Positions 9,601 through 15,484 of a stretch of 28,574 nt of DNA are shown piece by piece. Made by a program: the position numbers and the translations under genes. Positions within the stretch are counted from its first letter, which is position 1; the number at the start of each line of letters is the position of its first letter. Location: IMG/VR virus record IMGVR_UViG_3300034356_003525, positions 1-28,574 of that record; one strand, written 5' to 3'. The notes beneath the pieces are model-generated. The model ran no database searches and was not told where the DNA came from. It saw only the letters and a list, made by a program, of their open reading frames with translations. The stretch comes from a virus. Lineage: Duplodnaviria; Caudoviricetes.

Positions 9601-12600
9601 GTTTTTCTTGCTCTTCTCGTGGTTGTGTTCTTTCCCTCTGGCCCGATTCCTCTTCTCTTGGTTTCCTTTCGCCAGCACCTTCGTCCCTTGGTCTTCTGGT
9701 GGAATTATCACGAGGTCTAGATGCTCCAGGAGATTCCCTACCTGGTCTTCTTGTCTCGGTCCGCTCGCCTGTCTCAGCTTCAGGTTTTGGCTTTTCGGAC
9801 TTTCTTCCATACATTCTGTCGGTTCTGAAATTCTTTTCTTTCCCATCTTTTTCATCTATTCCAACAATGTAGGCACTGATAACTTTGCCGTCCCCCCCAA
9901 AGCGCTCTTCGTATCGTGGCTCGGTGACTGTCCTTTTCTCTGGTCTATCTGCATCCGGCTTTAAGTATTCAAAAGAAATCTTAAGACCGGAATCCCTTGC
10001 ATCGGTAATCGCTTTCTTAATATCCGATTCAGTAAAGTCTTTTGCCAGAATTATTTCTGAGTCTGTCTCTATAACTGGTGTTGATGAATTTAAGCCAAGA
10101 CCGTAAAGTCCAAGTTTTTCATACTCTTCTTTAAGTTCTTGTGCGGTTACATTCTCTCCAGCTTTTCCTCTTATGTCAGCCTCGACATCCCATGGTTTTG
10201 CCGAAATCATAACTCCGTCTGTTGCCGGATGCCTGCCTCTTTGGGTTCTAATTTTTTCAACTGTTTCATCAAAAATTTCACCAAGTTCTTCTTGTGGCCA
10301 GTCGCTATAGGAAAACAGGTCACCAGAAACTGGGTGATTCCATTTGATTAAATTGCCATTTTCGTCTTCGGCAACCAAAAACACAGGACCGGTAGAATTT
10401 ACGCCAACATTCTTGTGTCTGTATTTTGTTACCTCACCAGTCAGTTTGTTTACATATGTAGATGAAATTTTTCCATCGTCCCCAATTTCCGATTTGTCAA
10501 TATTTGTCCCTCTGCCGCCAACTGTTTGTGCAGCTTGACTTGGTGATGATTGACCAGCCTGCCTGGAAGCTCTACTTTCAGCCATTCTTTGTCTAGTAAG
10601 GGTGCGCATTCTGTCCCATTGCTCTGGCATCAACCCGCCGTCAATGTCGTATCTGTACAGTAATTTTTCAATATCTGCGTCGTCTTGTTCAAGCGTTCTT
10701 GCTGCGTTGACCAATCTTTTTCCGTCTTCTGGGTCTGCGCCAAGCAGCTCGCCGGTCTCTCTGTTTACTCTGAGTACAGCTTCTTCTCCTGGGGCAAGAG
10801 TGTAACCTCCGTCATTGTTTTCAAACTTGTCAATCAATGATGCGGCATACGACCATTGCCTATCCGAAAGTTTTCCATTTTTTGCATACTGGAAGTACAT
10901 GTCGCCGAGTACTGAATAATTTTTTTCTGCACCGGTCAAGTCTTTTTTGTCTTTTGAGTCAGCGGCTTCTCTTAGGGCAGCAGACTGCTCGCTATTTCTT
11001 AGCGTATGAATTTTTTCTATGACAGCCGGTCCAAAGTCTGGGGTATCTACATCTTTTGTAACAATCAAATCTGGGGAGGTACCCTGGTATCTCCACTTCC
11101 ATGAGTTTTGTGTCCAGAATTTTTCTTCGGGCCCACTCTCAAGCCTTCTAACTTTTTTATTTCTAATAAGTCTTCTTGCTTCTCTTTCTTCTTCATCCCA
11201 GCTTTCAGACATATCGGCTGTTGCAAAAATTTCTCCGCTTATTTTGAAGTGTGAAGGCTCTCCGTCATATCCGCTCTTATTGTTCCATGAAACAATTCGT
11301 GAACCTTCTCGTGGCGATGTAGAGCTATCTATGGAGCGCAAAGTTTCTGTTCCGTCTGGATTCAAGAACAAACCCTGTGGTTTCATTTCATCATCAAGGA
11401 ACACTCCACGTTCTGCGGCTCGAGCCATAGCTTGTGCTTCATCATTTGTGACAAATGAGTACTCTGGGGTTTCAACCACCATGTAGTTGGTCTCCCCATC
11501 TTCTGCCAAAAGCTTTCTTCCTAGAATTTCATGGAGTTCTGGTTGATTGAATCCGCGCACTCTACGGAGGTATGGCTTTTCCTGCATTGACACACCATCA
11601 GACAGGTCATCAGTGAGGTCGTATTCCTCTACTTGGCCATCGTCACCGTTTGCGTAAATACGTGTTTTATTGTTTTGTCTTATTGCCATTGAACCAACTG
11701 GACCATCAGAGAAATAATCGTCTATCTCGTTGTCAAGCTGTGTTTTCCCAACATACTTTTTGTACAGGCTCCCGTCGCTGGCATCGGCTTCAAGAAAGAA
11801 TCCTTCATCGTCAATTCCGTACCTCGTGTTTGATACAGAAACGGGTTTTGAAGTTGAGCCATCTGCTTTTCTAAGAGTTCTCATAGACTTTGTTAATCTT
11901 GAATCAACATCTTCAATTTTTAAATTAAAGTCTTTGGCAATGTCCAGATTTGTTGCACCGTAGAGTTTTTGGGAGAGCACATCCCTGTCTGTTCCTTCGA
12001 GCAGGTATCCGTGTTCTCTCATCAAGTAACGAATCTCGGAGCGTTCTGGGGTCTCTGTAGCCGAAAGAATTGTTGCTTGTGCTTTTACAATTTGAACGAC
12101 ATCATTTCTTGAAATATCGTTGTCTTTTGCTATTTGCTCAATTGGCGAATTCCCAAAACTTGAGTAAACATTTCTCATTAGCTTTTCAGGGTATGAACTC
12201 TCTTCATTATTGTTATTACTAATGATTCTGTCAATTGCTCTTATTGCACCTGACGGACCGTCTGGAGAATTATTACCAGAATAAGGCTCTCCAGTTATTG
12301 AGAAGTTACTCAAGAAACTGTTTATTATGTTTGGAAGATACTCATCAAGCTCTGGGTCGTCGGGGTTGTTTTGTTTTAGGTAACTCTTCTTGCGACCAGT
12401 TAGGTCAAAAACTTCAGATGTAAAACCATCTGGCAACGGTTTTTTAACTGAATCAGTGTCTAGTGTCTCACTAAACCCAATACTCCTAGGACTGCTATCT
12501 CTTCCTTTTAAATCGTCGACAGACTCGGCTGCCCCTATTGACTCCGTCCATTTTGCATTGGTCATTGAGCCAACCGGCCCATTGTCAATTACCATGGAGT

Positions 12601-15400
12601 CTTGCAACTTTCTCATTGCAATTTGTTCTTGCCGTCTTACGGTCTGTCTATCTGTTCCAAGTCTCTCTGCTGCTTCTTGAAGGGTCTCTCCGTCAAGCCT
12701 TCTTTTCATCAAACTTGTCTGTGCGTCAGTAAGCGTCGACGAAGGGTCGTCAAGCATTCTTCTTGTCACTCGATTGGGACTGTTTTCATCCATGCCACGA
12801 AGTTTTGACATGTGCCTTAGCTCAAGCTGTCTTGCCTTTTCCCTTGTTATAGAGAATTGTGAAGCTGCTTCGTTAAGAGAAATTCCATCGTTATCTCTTG
12901 CTAGGAATATTTGTCTTCCAAGCTTTTCTTCACGCATTTGTCTTTTTTCTCTTGCTGAGAAGTTTGAGCTGCTTGGTAAAGCAGACATTGCCCCACGTGG
13001 TGAGTCAACATCAACAACTCCAGCCTCTTCTGGTCTTTTCACATATGGGAGGTCTCTGTTGCTTCTTTTTCCAATTTCGTTTACATATCTTTCTACTGTT
13101 CGTGGAGAGATATTAAATTTGCGCGCAACCTGTTCGTATGCTTTTTTTGTATCTTTGTTTTTTGAAACAGCGTTGAATGCATTGAATACCTTTTCGGCGG
13201 TATCCATGTCAATTGGTCGCTGTTCTTGCGAGAATCTTCTTCCGGTCGACATGCGACCAGCTGGTCCACCAGAGACCCTCTGGGGCACTCTTTCTGGGAC
13301 CTCAACTGGAAGTGGGGTTCTTTCTGGCTGTCTCCGTGGTACGCGCTCAGGAACTCTTTCAGGCTCTCTCTGGGGGACGCGTTCTGGAACTTTTTCAGGT
13401 TCTTTTTCAGGAACTGTTTCTGGAACTTTTTCAGGTTCTTTTTCAGGAACGATAACTGGTCTCGCTGGTTTTACGTCTGGTTTGACTGGCTGTACTTCTG
13501 GAATCTCTTCTGGAATTGTGACTGGTTCCGGGACAGAAGGCATATCTGCTTCTCCCGGTCTTCTAGTACGTTTTGGCTTTTTGGGAACATTAAAATCGCT
13601 TCCAGGGGTTGGGTCGATAACGCCACGTCCCCTGTTTATTGTTGTAATTCCCTCAAGAACATATGGGTCGTTGTCTGCGTTTCTTGCAGTAAAGGCATTT
13701 GTGTTTCTTGGCTTTTTGCCGATTGCAGCACCAAGAGCTTTTTGTTCAAAAGAATCAAAAAAATTTGATAGAGCCTTGTATGCCGCAACGCTGACTTTGT
13801 CAATATTCGGAACAACAATTCCGTTTTCCAAAACTTTTACATCAAATGAGTGGTACTCAGCAATTGTATTAATTATTTCAAAAGCTTCAATTTTTTCTGC
13901 ATTGTTTTCCGGCAACAAGAAAAGATGCTCTCCGATATTTGCAGATTTAAACTCATCAAGAGTGCTCAAGTTGTTTGGTATAGAGCAAGATGTGTCGCCT
14001 TTTGAACAATCGTCACAACATGCTTCATGTGGCACTGCAGCCGAAGACATTGCATCGTAGAGGCTTCCGTTTGTTTGCCCCATTGATACAATCATTGCGT
14101 TTGGGGTTCCGTTATCACCCATTCGACTACCGTTTGAGTTGTTCGTAGGTATATAAACGGTTTCTGGTCTTACTTGTTGCGCCGTTCCAAACATGAATTC
14201 GTCGCCATCAAAATAATAAGAAACTCTTAATGTCTCAACTGAGACGCCGGCTCCCATTTCAAAAATTGCAATGTCGTTGTCTGCGTTAACCAGTCTTACG
14301 GCTCCGCCAAAATGAGACGCCAATGCCCTTGTAAGGTCGGCGGCGCGTCCAACAACAGAGTTCTCTCCATTGTTCATTGCTTCATATATAGCAGTTACAT
14401 GGTTTTTTGTTTCCGAATCATTGCTATCATCTTTTTTCTTTGTGTTGCTATAGCGCTCAAGTAGTCTTCTTCCCTTGGCTGCAAGTTCTGCGGCATCCGC
14501 AGCATTCTTTGGAACTGGTTCGCCCCACGCAGAAGCAGAAAGGGCTAGTCGTGTTGGTTCTCCGTTTGGTTTCTTCATTGGACCAGAGGGATTTGTAAAA
14601 AATCTTGTCAGAAAAGAACCTTTGCGACGCATCTTTTCCGGTGTGTCTGCTGGACCCTTAACTCCTGGTTTAAGATTTGCGCCTTCGGTCCTCTTGAAAT
14701 GAGCACGACCAGCTGCGGTCAAACCACCATTTGGGTCGCGTAACTTTGCTCCTTTTTCTTCGATTGGAACACAGTTGGGAACCATATTCCCATTCTTTCC
14801 CTTTTTCATTCCTTCTTGTCTGTATCCATCCCAACAAGGTCCACCCTTAACCTCGCCACCCTGTTCATCAGACTTAATAGAAATTGTCCCCGTCAACTGG
14901 TTTGCACCATGAAGTACTGGGGAAACTTCATACAGCTCAACCTCTTTTAGAAGATTTGCTTGCTGTGTTGGGTCAAAGACTGCATCAAGGGTTTTATAAC
15001 CAATTGACCATTCCTGCTCAAGCCCAAAGAACGAAACATTTGCAAATGCCTCTCGTCCTCTTTCGGCTTTAAGGTTGAATTGAACTCTCGTATAAAGACC
15101 ACCGACCCCAGCTTTTCTCATCTTTGCTGGAAGACGTGGGTCGTTTGGACCAACTTCATAGATTTCCAAAACTTTACCAATTGGCTCATTCCAATTGTGG
15201 CCCCATACAACTCGAGGTTTTCTTCTCTTCAAAGAGTTTGTGAAACAACCAGGAAGGCAAATATCGCCAACAGAGTCTTTATTACCAACGCCAGCAGCAA
15301 AACACTCGACTATACCGAGAGCTTCGTCAATATTGAATTGCCCTGTTAGGGACTTATATTCGTAGTCGGCTGATGTTTCTTGCATGTTTGTCATAGTCAC
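6611..15400 (-). CDS. 2929-aa giant protein: N-terminal HK97-type prohead protease fused to a long array of modules (HTH/sigma70 region-4-like, WYL, unknown)
   Basis: Uninterrupted ORF directly downstream of the portal. N-terminus shows protease motifs (see domain feature). Exact start uncertain (GTG 15400, or one of two ATGs a few codons downstream). Confidence 0.93.
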   Translation of the reverse strand: MTMTNMQETSADYEYKSLTGQFNIDEALGIVECFAAGVGNKDSVGDICLPGCFTNSLKRRKPRVVWGHNWNEPIGKVLEIYEVGPNDPRLPAKMRKAGVGGLYTRVQFNLKAERGREAFANVSFFGLEQEWSIGYKTLDAVFDPTQQANLLKEVELYEVSPVLHGANQLTGTISIKSDEQGGEVKGGPCWDGYRQEGMKKGKNGNMVPNCVPIEEKGAKLRDPNGGLTAAGRAHFKRTEGANLKPGVKGPADTPEKMRRKGSFLTRFFTNPSGPMKKPNGEPTRLALSASAWGEPVPKNAADAAELAAKGRRLLERYSNTKKKDDSNDSETKNHVTAIYEAMNNGENSVVGRAADLTRALASHFGGAVRLVNADNDIAIFEMGAGVSVETLRVSYYFDGDEFMFGTAQQVRPETVYIPTNNSNGSRMGDNGTPNAMIVSMGQTNGSLYDAMSSAAVPHEACCDDCSKGDTSCSIPNNLSTLDEFKSANIGEHLFLLPENNAEKIEAFEIINTIAEYHSFDVKVLENGIVVPNIDKVSVAAYKALSNFFDSFEQKALGAAIGKKPRNTNAFTARNADNDPYVLEGITTINRGRGVIDPTPGSDFNVPKKPKRTRRPGEADMPSVPEPVTIPEEIPEVQPVKPDVKPARPVIVPEKEPEKVPETVPEKEPEKVPERVPQREPERVPERVPRRQPERTPLPVEVPERVPQRVSGGPAGRMSTGRRFSQEQRPIDMDTAEKVFNAFNAVSKNKDTKKAYEQVARKFNISPRTVERYVNEIGKRSNRDLPYVKRPEEAGVVDVDSPRGAMSALPSSSNFSAREKRQMREEKLGRQIFLARDNDGISLNEAASQFSITREKARQLELRHMSKLRGMDENSPNRVTRRMLDDPSSTLTDAQTSLMKRRLDGETLQEAAERLGTDRQTVRRQEQIAMRKLQDSMVIDNGPVGSMTNAKWTESIGAAESVDDLKGRDSSPRSIGFSETLDTDSVKKPLPDGFTSEVFDLTGRKKSYLKQNNPDDPELDEYLPNIINSFLSNFSITGEPYSGNNSPDGPSGAIRAIDRIISNNNNEESSYPEKLMRNVYSSFGNSPIEQIAKDNDISRNDVVQIVKAQATILSATETPERSEIRYLMREHGYLLEGTDRDVLSQKLYGATNLDIAKDFNLKIEDVDSRLTKSMRTLRKADGSTSKPVSVSNTRYGIDDEGFFLEADASDGSLYKKYVGKTQLDNEIDDYFSDGPVGSMAIRQNNKTRIYANGDDGQVEEYDLTDDLSDGVSMQEKPYLRRVRGFNQPELHEILGRKLLAEDGETNYMVVETPEYSFVTNDEAQAMARAAERGVFLDDEMKPQGLFLNPDGTETLRSIDSSTSPREGSRIVSWNNKSGYDGEPSHFKISGEIFATADMSESWDEEEREARRLIRNKKVRRLESGPEEKFWTQNSWKWRYQGTSPDLIVTKDVDTPDFGPAVIEKIHTLRNSEQSAALREAADSKDKKDLTGAEKNYSVLGDMYFQYAKNGKLSDRQWSYAASLIDKFENNDGGYTLAPGEEAVLRVNRETGELLGADPEDGKRLVNAARTLEQDDADIEKLLYRYDIDGGLMPEQWDRMRTLTRQRMAESRASRQAGQSSPSQAAQTVGGRGTNIDKSEIGDDGKISSTYVNKLTGEVTKYRHKNVGVNSTGPVFLVAEDENGNLIKWNHPVSGDLFSYSDWPQEELGEIFDETVEKIRTQRGRHPATDGVMISAKPWDVEADIRGKAGENVTAQELKEEYEKLGLYGLGLNSSTPVIETDSEIILAKDFTESDIKKAITDARDSGLKISFEYLKPDADRPEKRTVTEPRYEERFGGDGKVISAYIVGIDEKDGKEKNFRTDRMYGRKSEKPKPEAETGERTETRRPGRESPGASRPRDNSTRRPRDEGAGERKPREEESGQRERTQPREEQEKPRERQTERQRTTADVVAKTISLRRGARERTLLISLDDNQGTIASTLATADRDVIDAEFPYGNKVYAVELVKFVKNTNGDVSLHATDKSDGQRKIFDPYMIAVRSTSEPIPTSLPYLLEDLSRKIGADRRGFAIASASDIAAYNRAKEKLARASRKNQINSFDTGPFGALGLNASRVPNYSPTDFWRPNKHDSTYSSMPESQRMAESKRLLSRITNSSNRNDSQLDDVLDRYAALERINKTANGPYIDEFGASITRLKNNEYEISGNIPFDPEMNSSPFGKMGRYVRPRNTEERNIDNLYNIQIYNELTELISSVPEGQAISQLAQRHSTSQQNIRRRLNVVDRERANEIRSFDSIDEITSQLESGEIDYNELEMRLDDEMSQRELVKNIDYAYREMNFSYDDSGPVGAMSGKNASEMSDDELVDAWNDAMEKLFGSYGRPHRKDRAAKSALMKELKSVGREIQKRYFDSEDAKSAIREIQQNPPQGPVGSMSSGSMPNVPISGSKHVDRRLYEVYGDDKWKIVAEQIGKRFSTIEQRDWDNPTDDDLIDIHHYLNQRIFDSQISGEDFGDIEGMPYDILSVAGDLDISANQVVDYAQKGREIAEARMASLMTPFERAERMIVNDRRKTFERLLSRKRKELGDGFDDWFQSATERNKNTLYDENGNDRPIEQIEDLGGPYAGYFYDGENTTEPDADIDTAREIEELNKLFNSPTYNPEEGGSGPAGSMGRRFVPQRYDIKPTEDGKWVIIDTANRNAPVSRSFDSRLEALDGAKRMDRNDTTFNPFSPARISSQNPPQRQEPEQNPVIESGIYENEQPELPFSDGPAGGMRKIPGSRYSSNDPVRRNGARVTKGNAEAAINAYEDGDAMLPYGGAEDATEYVLFSGWTAADSALDTIIGRLEYLAKMRTHAGNERDKKKAEVRKLVSYLPKLQKRRKWFYLQLRKQMLEKRDVDGVLQFDEMDRLRSGASLEDQTMLNSSNFPRYNIPGITVPRDRD
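9810..10025 (-). other. WYL domain within the giant protein
   Basis: IKKAI...KISFEYLKPDADRPEKRTVTEP...AYIVGIDEKDGKEKNFRTDRM follows the WYL consensus F.Y....R.v.P....Yl.g.d......FRlDRi. Confidence 0.8.
13280..13530 (-). repeat. Coding tetrapeptide repeat (PEKV/PEKE/PERV) linker with a 36-bp tandem duplication
   Basis: TTCTGGAACTTTTTCAGGTTCTTTTTCAGGAAC occurs at 13382-13414 and 13418-13450; protein reads VPEKEPEKVPETVPEKEPEKVPERVPQREPERVPERVP. Confidence 0.9.
14870..15352 (-). other. Prohead protease domain (HK97 gp4 / peptidase S78-like)
   Basis: NKDSVGDICLPGCF, VVWGHNWNEPIG (His), EWSIGY (Ser), LKEVELYEVSPVLHGAN (Glu): canonical order of S78 motifs. Confidence 0.93.
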
Positions 15401-15452
15401 CTAGTCATCAATGATAAACGAGTTGCTCCCGTTTTTGTGAAGCTTTTTATTT

Positions 15453-15484
15453 TATTTATATAAAGTTGGTTGTGTTTATATAAA
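15453..15484. promoter_or_regulatory. Tandem TTTATATAAA palindromes upstream of the giant protease gene
   Basis: Perfect 10-bp palindrome at 15455-15464 and 15475-15484 in the 84-bp portal-protease gap. Confidence 0.4.

Noticed and set aside
7115-13267. GPxGxM as internal translation starts, a DNA repeat, or a 2A/StopGo signal
   Set aside because: Nucleotides before the ATGs vary synonymously with no consistent Shine-Dalgarno, and the DxExNPGP signature is absent. Internal initiation is disfavoured but not strictly excluded.
12774-14060. 428-aa plus-strand ORF and the many shorter plus-strand ORFs across 174-17933
   Set aside because: Antisense shadows of long minus-strand genes; Ser/Phe/Leu-rich, no recognisable motifs or start signals.
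6611-15400. Giant ORF as a protease-major capsid fusion or tape measure protein
   Set aside because: No HK97-fold capsid motifs or tape-measure-type Ala/Gly helical repeats were recognised.
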